DNA of 40,864 nt from Bigelowiella natans CCMP2755. Taxonomy: Eukaryota > Protista > Cercozoa. Positions 1 through 11,825 of the stretch are shown piece by piece. Positions within the stretch are counted from its first letter, which is position 1; each line of letters starts with the position of its first letter. Below the pieces are notes generated by a model. That model saw nothing but the letters and a program-made list of their open reading frames with translations, was not told the origin of the DNA and made no database searches. Position numbers and translations under genes: made by a program. The stretch is from NCBI GenBank assembly GCA_000320545.1, contig ADNK01001429.1, positions 1 through 40,864 of the forward strand. Reading direction: 5' to 3'.

Positions 1-812
1 CAAAAATTTCTTGCTCACCCCACGTATTTTTAACGCTGTTTTCACAATTAGACTGCTTCCCATGTCAGTGAAGAGCAGTTGGACCATGATTATCAACGCA
101 ACAACGAGCTTGATAAGCTCTCCATCCAAAACAGTAAGGAATCCTCTGAGATGATGGTGATGTCGTAGAGGCAAAGTCAAGATCATTCCTCTGTGGTCCA
201 TCTGCTTTAGCATCTTGCATCAGAAACCATGCAGGACGTATCTGACCTGAGGAACAAAACTACAACACAAAATGTCGACGTGCAGTCTTCATACATATTC
301 AAAGTCAGATACGAATCCTAGACATCCGACGAGGTCATTTGCTTCATCGCGATTTCCACATCAGTTGTGCAGTTTAGTTGGTACAAATGAAGCCACTCAT
401 AACAAGATATTTTAATTATCAAGTTTGAGATTGTTCGTAGTGTCAGGTGTTCATGAAGCGCTACATTGATATTGCAACTGCGCGTGAAGCTCATTCAGTT
501 GGTCGATTGGGTTGTACAATGTAATTCAGGTCTGTGATGCATGTGCATGTGCAATCTGCATCCATCCCGCCAGGTTAACAGGTGTTTTGTTTGCATCGCT
601 GTCTGCAGCATGTGCGTGTGTGTGTAGCAGTTACCACGTTGTGCTCCATTGCACATGGGGCATTGCATGTTTTGCTGTTGTCTTGCATTGCGTTGATTGT
701 TGTTGATTGTTGTTCTGAATTTTTGAATGCGCGCGAAGCTTAGCATGACGAGTACACGAACCCGTGTGGTCAAGATGTGCGTGTGTGTGTGTGTCGAAAT
801 CAGAAAACGTTG
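1..812. repeat. Copy 1 of a tandem segmental duplication (matches 1620..2431; period ~1619 bp; probably extends left of the window)
   Basis: 1..812 aligns by eye with 1620..2431 from CAAAAATTTCTTGCTC to GTCGAAATCAGAAAACGTTGA at high identity, with a noisier patch at ~735-780. Confidence 0.95.
52..321 (+). CDS. Last two exons (52..156, 235..321) of an unknown coiled-coil-like protein, copy 1
   Basis: AG/GT-bounded phase-0 exons read TASHVSEEQLDHDYQRNNELDKLSIQNSKESSEMM / DVSDLRNKTTTQNVDVQSSYIFKVRYES*. The frame is preserved relative to copy 2. Confidence 0.5.
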
Positions 813-858
813 ATGGAATTGACGTTGGCGTCTGCGTTGTTGTTGTCCACCCCATCAG

Positions 859-1015
859 GTCATGTCCACAAGGGCTCAAGTGGTGGGAATTTGATTTGAC
901 CTACTCTATTTTAAGGTGATGATAAGTCATTATAGTTCCTGATGATTATGATGATGATGGTGAAAAGCGTTTGCAGTCAGCCACGCATGCAATCCGAAGT
1001 GACAACACCTACAAC

Positions 1016-1048
<33 letters not shown>

Positions 1049-1155
1049 CCTGACTTTGCATGTATACTTACATTCTATTATCCGTCGCATCATCGGCGTG
1101 ATTAAGAATATGTGTGCGAGCAATTGTGGTAATCTATAGCAATGTCATCGCCAGG

Positions 1156-1201
<46 letters not shown>

Positions 1202-1294
1202 ACACCTGCATAATTTTAGATTCCTCTCCATATTCCGCCTGACGAGTGACCTGAAAGTTCCTTCGGAGGAAGTGGTAGTAGTAGCAGCAAGTAG

Positions 1295-1332
<38 letters not shown>

Positions 1333-1939
1333 ATAGTGGTTGTGGTAGTAGTAGGAGTAGTTATACCAGTAGGACCATGGCTTTTCGTTCATCCAAATGG
1401 AGAATTTCAGCAGTTGCAGTGTGTATGTGTTGACTTGTGCTCCTTCATATTTCTTTAGTACCTGCATGATCGATCCTTCACCTCCTCTTATCTTCGTATT
1501 TTTATTTTAAATCATTCGAAGATCAACAAGGCCCAGGCTAAGATGGCACAGAAAAGGGCCGATGAACGAGCGAACTTCAAGGTCAGCTGTCAATCTCCTG
1601 CTTATACGCAGATCGTACCCAAAAATTTCTTGCTCCACCCACGTTATTTTAACGCTGTTTTCACAATTAGACTGCTTCCCATGTTAGTGACGAGCAGTTG
1701 GACATGATTATCAAACGCAACAACGAGCTTCATAAGCTCTCCATCCAAAACAGTAAGGAATCCTCTGAGATGAAGGTGATGTCGTAGAGGCAAAGTAAAG
1801 ATCATTCCTCTGTGGTCCATCTGCTTTGGCATCTTGCATCAAAGCCATGCAGGAAGTATCTGACCTGAGGAACAAAACTACAACACAAAATGTCGACGTG
1901 CAGTCTTCATACATATTCAAACTCAGATATGAATCCTAG
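859..1939 (+). CDS. 5'-truncated multi-exon fragment of an unknown protein, copy 2 (exons ~859..915, 1220..1428, 1522..1581, 1671..1775, 1853..1939)
   Basis: Phase-compatible GT-AG exons: SCPQGLKWWEFDLTYSILR-FLSIFRLTSDLKVPSEE...-INKAQAKMAQKRADERANFK-TASHVSDEQLDMIIKRNNELHKLSIQNSKESSEMK-EVSDLRNK...RYES*. No start exon is visible between 813 and 858. Confidence 0.5.
1158..1200. repeat. (CT)n microsatellite, intronic
   Basis: Directly visible dinucleotide run just upstream of the splice acceptor at 1219. Confidence 0.95.
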
Positions 1940-2431
1940 ACATCCGACGTGTTCATTTGCTTCATCGCGATTTCAACATTTGTTGTGCAGTTTAGTTGGT
2001 ACAAATGAAGCCACTCATAACAAGATATTTTAATTATCAAGTTTGAGATTGTTCGTAGTGTCAGGTGTTCATGAAGCGCTACATTGATATTGCAACTGCG
2101 CGTGAAGCTCATTCTGTTGGTTGATTGGTTTGTACAATGTAATTCATGTCTGTGATGCATGTGCATGTGCAATCTGCATCCATCCCGCCAGGTTAACAGG
2201 TGTTTTGTTTGCATCGCTGTCTGCAGCATGTGCGTGTGTGTGTAGCAGTGTGCACGTTGTGCTCCATTGCACATGGGGCATTGCATGTTTTGCTGTTGTC
2301 TTGCATTGTGTTGATTGTTGTTGATTGTTGTTCTGAATTTTTGAATGCGCGCGAACCGCTGCACGTTGTGTCCACGATCACGTGTGGACTAGTTGTGTGT
2401 GTGTGTGTGTGTCGAAATCAGAAAACGTTGA
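1620..2431. repeat. Copy 2 of the tandem duplication (matches 1..812)
   Basis: Direct alignment with 1..812. Confidence 0.95.
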
Positions 2432-2900
2432 GTGACGTCAAACAACGAATGGCTTCAGAATGCTGCACGGACGTTGAACTTCGCATCAATGAATGAACAA
2501 ATGAACGAAGTCATTCCAATGGTGCAGCTGAAAGGATCACTGGACACGTCCCTAACTCATCCGTGCCGTCGTCGAGCACGTCTAGACGTGTGGCTTGTGA
2601 CGGGCATCGCAAGACGGTTGACGTCGCAGCCAGCATCGAATCCCAGGGGATTCCCGAATTATCCCTTTTTGAATTTGAATTTTTCTACGGTAGTGCGACG
2701 CTTGGGAAAACACAGGCGATTTCTACCCTCGATTCACGAATTCTCGCTATATTCTACCAAAATTCGCCTTTCGTCCTGGTTTGCCCCCTCCTCCTCCCCA
2801 AGGTAGCTCCATCCAAGGTAGACTGCTGCCTCGTATTGGCAAGAAGTGCTTCATTCAAGACGCGTCATGTTTTTAGGTTTTGTCATCTATTGGCGAGAAG

Positions 2901-4103
2901 ATGTCTGGCAAGTTCATCTCCAACTCTCGGATTTGTGCTCCTCCTCTTTCTTCCAGCATTGTCTACATTGCTGTCATCGCCTGGGCTGCGTGCAGTCTCC
3001 CAGCAGCTCAGGGCGTTCTTCGTACCAGCGAAAGTAGACTCAGATTCCCACCCACCAAAAGCATTAAGACGCATATTTACAACTCCAAACTTGACGACGT
3101 GATGTAGGATTGACATGATGTTTCTCTCCCTCCTCCTCTCAGCGGTGACGGCAGAAATGGTTGACGACTTAAGTCCTCGAAATGAACAAGTGAAGCAAGC
3201 TAAGTTGGATAACTTTCGATTTACAGAGGTAAGTAAGATACATGTACACCCCACCGTTGATTGTATAAAATTCTAAATTTGCAATGGCTGTTTCTGCAAG
3301 CAACGTAAGATGTCGCACACGGATTCTGCTTCCGGAGGGGGGGGGAGAGGAGGAGGAGCTGCCCAGCTTAGCTACCTCCATAGCAAACATCAAATGAAGG
3401 CCGTTAAGATCGTTGATGTATGTTTTAAGTAGATACTAAATGAGAGTTACGAAACACATGGCTAACGAGATGATGGCGTCGATGCATTTACAAACTACAG
3501 CTGCAACGAGGAACAAATGAGAGCCGCAACTCTAATCACCACAACTATTTAATTCGATTACTGCCGTAAATACTCCTAACAATGAAATATCGTATGCTAA
3601 CGAATGCTCTTTATCAGCCTCGGGAACGTTTCACCAAGCACAAAGACAAGGTAACACTTGGAGTGAAATTGTAGTTGTTGTCGGCAGCAGTAGCAGCAGG
3701 ACACCCGTTTCTATTTTCATCAATCCATCGAAAGAATCACACTTGCAGAACCAAATTTGGCACGAGTGACGTATGCATGCGACTCATTACCACTACTGCT
3801 GCTACTACTAACTCTACATGCTCGTCGTGATCTTCTAGGATTCCGTACATTGGGTAAATAAGGTCGGCCTTCCCGACACCAAGAAGTCCCCGTTAGGTTG
3901 AATTTCTCCCCCTCCTTCGCCCCTCCAGCTTCTTGTAGACAAACGCTGTGTGTGAAAAACGTACATTTTTTCCTCGAAAGCATGGTGCAGCAGCCGCAGC
4001 ATCTGTCAAGAATAGCAAAGTCTGATGAAGGAGACCTAAAACCTATAGCTTTTTTTGAATGGGAGAAGTCGAAATTTATCATCGGGCTTCTCATGACACA
4101 CAC

Positions 4104-4144
<41 letters not shown>

Positions 4145-4355
4145 CATATATATATTGTTTGTGTGTGTTTGTGTGTGGGAATATTTAGGGAGATTAGTAC
4201 GCGAGAAGAAGGTGGCGCATCTGAAACCTGTTAAAGTTGTTGAAGGTGCGCCTTGTGATCGATATTTCATGCATGCTCATAGCATAGCAGGAAAAAGAGA
4301 TATCACCCCTATAATTGGGTTATTAGTACCTCATCGGTGTAATGTATCGCTCGTG

Positions 4356-4394
<39 letters not shown>

Positions 4395-4507
4395 CTCTCG
4401 CTCTTTACTGCTTGTATTGTACATCTGGTGGATGTAATGATGTATTCAGTACGTGCGTCATAAATATAAAAGAGTTATATGATTCGAGGGACATCTCCAA
4501 AGTATAG
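2901..4507 (+). CDS. Hypothetical multi-exon protein with N-terminal signal peptide/anchor; C-terminal part weakly C2-domain-like
   Basis: ATG 2901 gives MSGKF...SSIVYIAVIAWAACSLPAAQG (hydrophobic core, AxG-type cleavage). Phase-matched exons VTAEMVDDLSPRNEQVKQAKLDNFRFTE|gtaagt, QRKMSH...KAVKIVD|gtatgt, and later KVVEG-KRDITPIIG-TCVINIKELYDS. Junctions at 3750-4190 are not resolved. Confidence 0.45.
4106..4154. repeat. (TA)n microsatellite, intronic
   Basis: Directly visible. Confidence 0.9.
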
Positions 4508-5323
4508 TCTGTACGACATTGTGCATCGATTGAGGATTGTTCTTTTTTACATTTCCCGCCACACTGTTGTATACGAAGGTCTGAGTTCCCCCAAGCAAAA
4601 GCCCATCTTCGATGAGGCGAAATTGATCTAGAGAAGATCCGACCACTAGACTCACGACGAACGCAGTTAAAGCAGTACGTGCCATGAAGTTCCGAGTTCC
4701 GATGAGTGTGAAAGCATACTAGAATTAGCAGTGAATCACAAGTCGCTTCGGTGTTTATCAATACAAGAGCTATCATACATGCTGTGTGCCGGCGCTGTGA
4801 CATGATGGCGAGCCACGTTGTGTTCATGCGCACATTTCATTCGGAAAGTAAGGATCGAAAAACGCAGTCATGACGGTGCGCGACTGCAGCAGATCGACGC
4901 AGCGTGCATGCGCGCACATTTGGTCTTGGCCTAGCAGCTAGAACATGTGTGAGCGATACGATGCCACTTGGCAGGCATATGGGACATGGCGTTTGTCATA
5001 TCGTAGGACATGTGCGGCGTGTGTGCTGTGCTGATTACTACGATACCAAACTATGACATGTGGCATTACTCGTAGATCTATTATAGCCGGCGCTTGCACG
5101 CATGGCCACTATACCGACGCTGCCGATGCACGCCACCGTGCTCGGTGCGTGGCATTGTTAATAATACAGATCGTAAGCGTACGTGTATATATCGCTAGTA
5201 ATGATGTGCGAGAGTAATTTGCTGCTGTAGTGATGATCAATGCATATAGCATGCAGCGGCAGCAGTCTTATACGAGGGCAATAATGACGGTGCAGCATTT
5301 AATCGACTTTCCTCAGTGGAATA

Positions 5324-5778
5324 CTAGCCACCCCTTACTATGCGCTGCCGCTTGCTGTTTTCAGACGATCGAGACTTCCCTTCGGTCGGCTCGCGCGGTC
5401 TCGTCCTATTACCATGTTCCTGGGCATAGCGGTCCTGACTACCATCTCCATCGGCATCCTCCCCTTCATCCTCGAATTCGCCGTCGTTGTCGTCCTCTTC
5501 ATCAAGGCCATTGCTCTCTGACAGAACTAGCTCATCGCCAGCTGCTATCTCCCGGATCGCGACTACCCTCGCCCTTGGAATGCAGTCTGGGAACACCACT
5601 TGGCAGTTGGCACTACTGCCGACACGTACGCGCGAGAGAGTGGGGAAGATCGCGTGGGCCATGAAGGGCTCGCAGCAGAACTCGTACAGGATATTATGCC
5701 TCACCTCTTGGAACTGCTCGTATAGCTCCTCGGCAGTAAGAGATGACACTACAGCTTGCTGATTATTAGCATTGTGAG

Positions 5779-5810
<32 letters not shown>

Positions 5811-8800
5811 TCCCTGGTTCTTAAGACAGGCAGCATGACGCAGAGAAACTCTCTGATGGTACGCTCAGCTTCTGGGCTGGAGCAGCGGACAGTTGACGGA
5901 GTGGGGGACAGGACTTCGGAGAAGCAAGTCTCATGAAGGGCGTTGAGGTATGCTTCTAGCAATGACGGCACGGTGTCGCGGTCTAGCTCCAACGCCCTCT
6001 CATGTACTGCTGCCAGAATCCCTGAATACTCGGCGAAACCGATCAGACCGTTGTTCAGCATCACTGAAGCCAAGCTGCTGCTGCTACTGCTGCTGCTACT
6101 GCTGCTGCTGGTTTCGGAAACGAATTGGAGAATAGACTTCCGTAGGATTTCCCATCCCTCTCTTGCAAGATTTTCGAGCTTCTTCGAGAGGGTGGCGTCC
6201 TGGTGCTCGATTGCGAGCATTTGCCACCATGCGCGGCCGGACTCTGCAAGGCCTACAATTTCATCGATAGCCCGGCGAGAGGAGCTGGAAGAGGACGTAG
6301 CAGCAGATCCGTCGCGAGCGGCTGCTGCATTATTTATCTGGAAAGTGCACGTTGGAATAGGAATGAGAACCACCCGAAAGATTATCATGGGTACATTCAA
6401 GTAGTATGCATGCAACGGTTGGATCTGGAGCAAAGATGACTGCAAAAAAACCTTCGCATCATCAAGGAGTGCGACATATTTGCATGCATTCATCAGCATC
6501 AACACCGTCCATCTGCCTGTCATATGGAGGGAAGGGGGAGGGGGGATTTCGATACCTCCTGAATGATAACTTTTGCAGCAAGCAAAAGAGCATTCGAACT
6601 GTCTTCAGCCACGGCTTCAACCCTCTCCACGAATTGTCGGTAGGGATGACGCCGATCTTGTAGAATCAGAATGCGAGATTGTGCTTGACATTCTGCAGAG
6701 CAGAAGCTCGAAGTTGCATTTTCTGCGCCAATGCCCTTGGCGGGTGTCCTCACCAAGAAAAGTGGGTCGCTTTCCGCCCTTGCTGCCTCCTCTGCACCAC
6801 CTCCATCATCATCATGGGCAACAGCAGCAGGGACAGGTGGCAACATGTTCATCACCGTCATCATCCTCATCGCAGCTCTTGCTCCTCCTCTACGTTTCGA
6901 ATCCTCCTGCTGCTGCTGCTCTGGCCCACGTCGTTTGCCTTCCGGCCGTCGGTGCACAAAGGTATTATTCCGTGGAACAATGCGGGCGGCGGGTGGGTGG
7001 GGGAACTCCGCGGGGTAGAGGAGGTGCTGGCGTAGATCTCGCAGCTGCTGCTGCTGCTCCGGTGACGTTGTTGTTGAGGCAGCGGCCATAGAGAGGGAAA
7101 GGTGGGCTGCGACATTGCGAAGGGGGTTTCCACAGTGAGAGCAGCAGAGGCATGTCTCCTTGTTGAGGTGCACCAAGTACCGAGGTCGCTCCACGAACAC
7201 GGTCTGGCCCCGTGCAATCGGCGCTGAAGCCCACGTGCCGTTGCGATTTGCCATATACATGTCCTGCACGCCACCACCAGCAGCGCCGCTAGTATGGCTG
7301 ATACCACTGCTAATGGCGGTAGGGTTGGAGGAGGTGGTGCCCTTCGTGTCGTTCTCTCCTCCCCGCCCCCCCCCCCCTCTCCCGAGAAGGAAGAAGTCTC
7401 TCGCATAGCTAATCGATGGTACTGAGTATCGTTGCGGTGGAATCTGTGTACTGTGGAACCATAGGCGCGTATTTAACACAAGTATATCTCCCCTGTGCAT
7501 CGTTACTTCCATGACTTGCTGGCTCATAGCTAATGGAGGGGCTCCTGGAGGCCACGATTGCCGTGCGTTCGTGTTCGGGCGCAGCCGCCAAGTCTTACTA
7601 CCGGATGTCTTTTCAGAGCCAATATTAAAAGCGAAGCGTTGCAAATACCGATTATATGAATAAAATCTATGAGATGCTCAGTGTGTGAGATGATGCAACC
7701 ATTAGCAGAGAAAATCATGAGTAGTACAAGGAGAAGGGTGATGAAGAAGCACATAACCACACACGCAGAGATATGGAATCAAACTGGGGGCCTGGGTCTC
7801 TCAGAAATGCACAGGTTGCTACCCAATATATCCGTATGAAAATGAGTACAGACTAGATGAGCAGCCCACTTTTGATTTTGTGTTTACTTGGAGAACAGCA
7901 GCAGCAGCAGCAACAACAACTACAACCTGCAAATGCCACGTGCCGTCGTTTCTGAGTGTTGAGAAACATTGTCAGACATGTGCCACCACTAGTAGTGGTA
8001 GCCTTTATCCACGCACCTGACATCATCCACATGTTCAGCTTTGCCCCGAAGATTGTGGGAATCGTCGTCATTACGGCCGAAAAAGAACCAAACACAGGAC
8101 GTATGGGACACTCCCTGCAGAGCCTGATCGACGACGTTATTCGTCAGTGGAACAGAGCAGTAGGATTACCACCACCACCACCACCACCAACATCAACACC
8201 AACACCACCACTGCGAATCGTATTACCCGTGGCTCCTTAATTGGTAGAATATCTAAAGCATTGGAGAGTGCCGATGAACCCTGATCATCGAATACCAGAT
8301 GAATACCAGATGTCAGAGAGATCGCAACAAAGGTATGCAGATTAACTACGAAAAAAAATGTGATTTTTGCTCTCCCACAAACCTTTTGTATCAAGAAACT
8401 TGCATACCAGCGTTGCTTAGCATTGCACTGTTCTTTCCTCTCGCATTTAGCATCATTGTCTGTCGTAGTTTCTTCCCCTAAGACTTCATCTGGCCTCAAA
8501 CTCGCTGCGAATAAGAAAATCAAAGTTATAGGATCCTCAAGATTCATCGTTAATAGCCAGCTCTCTCAGTTTACCCTGATTGGAGCTAGAGCAGGAACTT
8601 GAGGAGGATGAAGGGTTCGAGTTTGGCTTCTGTCCTACAGTTTCGGCGGCCCAACTTGCACGGACGGATCTGTAAATGCAGAGAGATTAGCATATTTGCC
8701 TTTCAGTCGATCAAATATGCAGAATTAGAATTTGAATATTTCGAAATGAATTCAAACGTGGGTTCGACTTTTTATCTCACGAAAAGACGTGTGGATCGTT

Positions 8801-9213
8801 GAGGCGATTTTTATCATGAACATCCCCACCTTGGGTCACGTGCGAACAGACAACGGAGAGGGCCCAGGTCTCGCCATAGGCGCTCTGATGAAGGTTCGCA
8901 TTGCCAGCAATTTCGCAAAATCACTGCCTGATACGCAGCGTACTTTGACATCACGTCGGAGAACGAAGCCGAGCGGCCTAATAAAAGTCAGCTAACGCTT
9001 AGTTTATTGCGTCTTTATTCGAAAAATGCAACTGCTGCTCATATTTTTTGGCATCATTGAATGGATATACGTTAATCCACCTTGAAGCTCTGGGATGGCC
9101 TCCATCTTTCCGTGTAGAGACGTCGGAGCTTCTCCGTTTAGTCGCGCTGTCCTCTGTGCATGCAGCTGTGCGAGCAGTCTCGAACAGATCTCGAACGGAA
9201 CAGTAGCGTGCAT
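5324..9213 (-). CDS. JmjC-domain 2OG/Fe(II) dioxygenase fused to a split SET/MYND (SMYD-like) domain with degenerate catalytic motifs
   Basis: Nine phase-consistent exons, including 8017..8123, 7927..7951, 6556..7608 and 5324..6337. They give VWFFFG...GKAEHVDDVRNDGTWHLQTSGSKTWRLRP...HRGDILVLNTRLWFHST (HxD...H triad and QxxGxKxW of JmjC), then NGTWASAPIARGQTVFVERP (SET-N), CLCCSHC...FCSAECQ (MYND-like) and AIFPTLSRVRVGSSANC...RVVAIREIAAGDELVLS (SET-C). The start could be 9213 or 9105. Confidence 0.85.
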
Positions 9214-10020
9214 CTCCGTGCCCAACTTGCTTCATGTCTCATCTGATAAAATCCCTGTATTTTACTCTCGACAGATTCATCCATTTTTTACTATAAAAGT
9301 AAAATATTTATCACATACGACAAAAAAATAAAGCATTCTGACGATAAAATTGGAGATCGTTATTTCACCGATTTAGGCTACGTTGTTCATCTAGCTTTTC
9401 TTTAACTTGCCGATCGCAGGTAAAAAATGGGGGGGTTTTGAACTGGAAAAATTGGTACGTCTCATGAAAAAAGGCTCGTGCTCTTCTTTCTGAACTCACT
9501 TTTTCCCGACACAGCTGCTCATCGGGGCTGCTCATGACTACCCAACGGCACAAAAGAAAAGCCTATCCATTTTCCTTAATTGTGCAGAATTATTTTATGA
9601 CTTCTTAGTAAAACGCTCATGAAATTTGTCGAAGCTGTGTATTTCAAGTCTTTTTGAATTGGGTATCCCACAAGATACAGCACATTGTGTGTTGCACAGA
9701 GGCATAAATGTCTGACGTGTTTTTTCAAAATTTTCGTGAAACGGTAGCCAGCAATGAGAATCCCGACGGAATAATTCTTACGACATCATAGAAGGGGCCA
9801 TGTTTAATTAAGTTATAGGTTGTTTTCCCATTTTCCTTTAACATTGCATAATTTTAGTGTCTTACATATTGCGCATATGAGTAATAAATGACCTATAATT
9901 TAGAGATTTTTTTTCCCATGGTGCATTAATTTAGATCTGGAAATCAAGGAACGTGACTCGACACCACAACCCCATTTTTCGAAATCTCGACTCGCACCCT
10001 GCGCAACTCACCTTCACACA
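9214..10020. promoter_or_regulatory. Divergent promoter region between JmjC-SET gene and glutamine synthetase
   Basis: AT-rich, A/T-tract-rich non-coding interval between two head-to-head start codons. No specific element is assigned. Confidence 0.5.
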
Positions 10021-11201
10021 ATGGACTACCAATCTCTCGATCAAGGCGGCAAGGTTTGCTCACGTTTAGTCACGTATGCAATGTAGTCCCACGTGAATGG
10101 ACACTGTGATTAAGGCTTATGTTTACCACATTGAGCTTTTCCCTGCAAGTTAGCTAACAGTATGAACCTTATTCTCAGATTATGGCCGAGTATGTCTGGC
10201 TCGGTGGGAACCTATGGGATATCCGCTCGAAGTGCCGCACCCTGGACGTCTCCTCGATCAAGGCTGGTACTGAGGACATTAAGAAGCTCCCCGAGTGGAA
10301 CTACGACGGATCTAGTACCGAACAAGCTCCTGGACACAACTCCGAGGTCATGCTCAGGCCTTGCCGTGTCTACCGCGATCCTTTCAGGAAGGGAAACAAC
10401 GTCATCGTTATCTGTGATACCTACGACAACAAGGGAAATCCTCTCCCCACAAACCACCGGGCAAAGTGCGCTAAAACAATGGAAAAATACAAGGCTCACG
10501 AACCATGGTTCGGACTCGAGCAGGAATACACCATGCTTCACAGTGATGTCAAGTGGCCACTCGGTTTCCCCAAGAACGGGTACGCTGGACCCCAGGGCCC
10601 TTACTACTGCGGTGTCGGAACTGGGAACGCCATTGGTCGCGAGCTAGTTGAGGCTCACTACCGTTGCTGTCTCTATGCCGGAGTGAAGATCTCCGGCATC
10701 AACGCGGAAGTGATGCCTTCTCAGTGGGAATTCCAGGTTGGACCTTGCCAAGGAATCCAGATGGGAGACGACTTGTGGATGGCCCGCTATTTGATGATGC
10801 GCTGCTCCGAGTTTTACAATATTCGTTGCTCCTTCGCTCCTAAGCCAATTGAAGAGGGAGACTGGAATGGCGCTGGCTGCCACTCCAACTTCTCTACTAA
10901 GGGAACCCGTGAAGAAGGTGGAATGGCCGTCATTGAAAAGATGATGGCTAAGCTTGAGAAGAACCACGCTCTCCACATCAAGTCATATGGTGAAGACAAT
11001 GAAAAACGTCTCACCGGAAAGCATGAGACTGCTTCAATTGAGAAGTTTTCTTACGGTGTTGCAGACCGTGGATCTTCTGTGCGCATTCCAACTAGCACGA
11101 AAGCTGATGGTAAGGGATACTTTGAAGACCGAAGGCCTGCTGCAAACTGTTGTCCATACATCGTCACTGATCTCCTCGTTGAGACATGTTGTTCTGAATA
11201 G
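10021..11201 (+). CDS. GLN1: Glutamine synthetase type II (eukaryotic GSII); exons 10021..10053 and 10179..11201, 351 aa
   Basis: MDYQSLDQGGK|IMAEYVWLGG, WNYDGSST, EPWFGLEQEY, GPQGPYYCGVG, GINAEVMPSQWEFQVGP, DWNGAGCHSNFST, RLTGKHETA, RGSSVRIP, GYFEDRRPAAN. Single GT-AG intron with a GCTAAC branch-point-like motif. Confidence 0.98.
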
Positions 11202-11783
11202 ATGTCTGTCGAAGTGGAATTTAGTCATTGTCCGTAACTCAGAGGAAGATGATGAAATGTTCTCCGAGAAGCTTCACTTCGTCTGAACTGACACATCGAA
11301 AAGTTGAATCATTGAACCTTAAGAGTCGTAGTCGAATCCATCGTTTTCGTCTCTCGTCATCCAGATGAAACATGACGCATTCCATGTTCATGTAGCTAGA
11401 TGTGCCATCGTGCATTGTTCAATTCATCGTCATGGTGGTGGCATTGCATATTGCACATGTCTAGATGTGGACGATAGCCACGGAGGATCACAATGGCGCA
11501 CATTGAGTATTGCTGCAACTGAGACGCGGTGCGCACAGACGAGTGGCCTTTCTCTCTCATTTGGTGCAGTTGTGATTCGGGCGAGGCAGCGATGGACATG
11601 TGTGCATGGTGTCAGCCACAACGTGTGTTCGTGTGTGTGTGCACGTCACAGGACGCCGGGGACTGTCTAGCTGTGCAGACTATGATGCTAGCATGCGCTG
11701 TGGCACGCATGCCACATGCTAGCATGGCTCCGACTAACCCGCCACTCTGATATACTGACACTAGTTAGCCCAGTGAAGCATCA

Positions 11784-11825
11784 CTCAGCAAGCCAGCAGT
11801 GAAGCATCACTGCTGGCTTGCTGAG
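11784..11825. repeat. Perfect 19-bp inverted repeat with 4-nt loop
   Basis: CTCAGCAAGCCAGCAGTGA-agca-TCACTGCTGGCTTGCTGAG. Confidence 0.95.

Noticed and set aside
495-2496. His/Cys/Met-rich ORFs in the duplicated 3' flank
   Set aside because: They are open because TAA/TAG stops are lost with TpA depletion; there are no splice signals or family motifs.
2883-3393. Minus-strand ORFs 2883..3254 and 3169..3393
   Set aside because: They are antisense shadows of a better-supported plus-strand spliced gene.
8291-8312. Short tandem duplication AATACCAGATG x2 (similarly TGTGGTTACC x2 near 38221-38241)
   Set aside because: Two-copy intronic slippage repeats with no spacers; not CRISPR-like.
9243-9350. 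Three GATAA/TTATC motifs upstream of glutamine synthetase, as possible nitrogen GATA-factor sites
   Set aside because: Expected by chance in AT-rich DNA, and closer to the JmjC gene start than to GS.
10162-11286. Overlapping alternative-frame and antisense ORFs across GS
   Set aside because: A by-product of strong codon bias in the real CDS.
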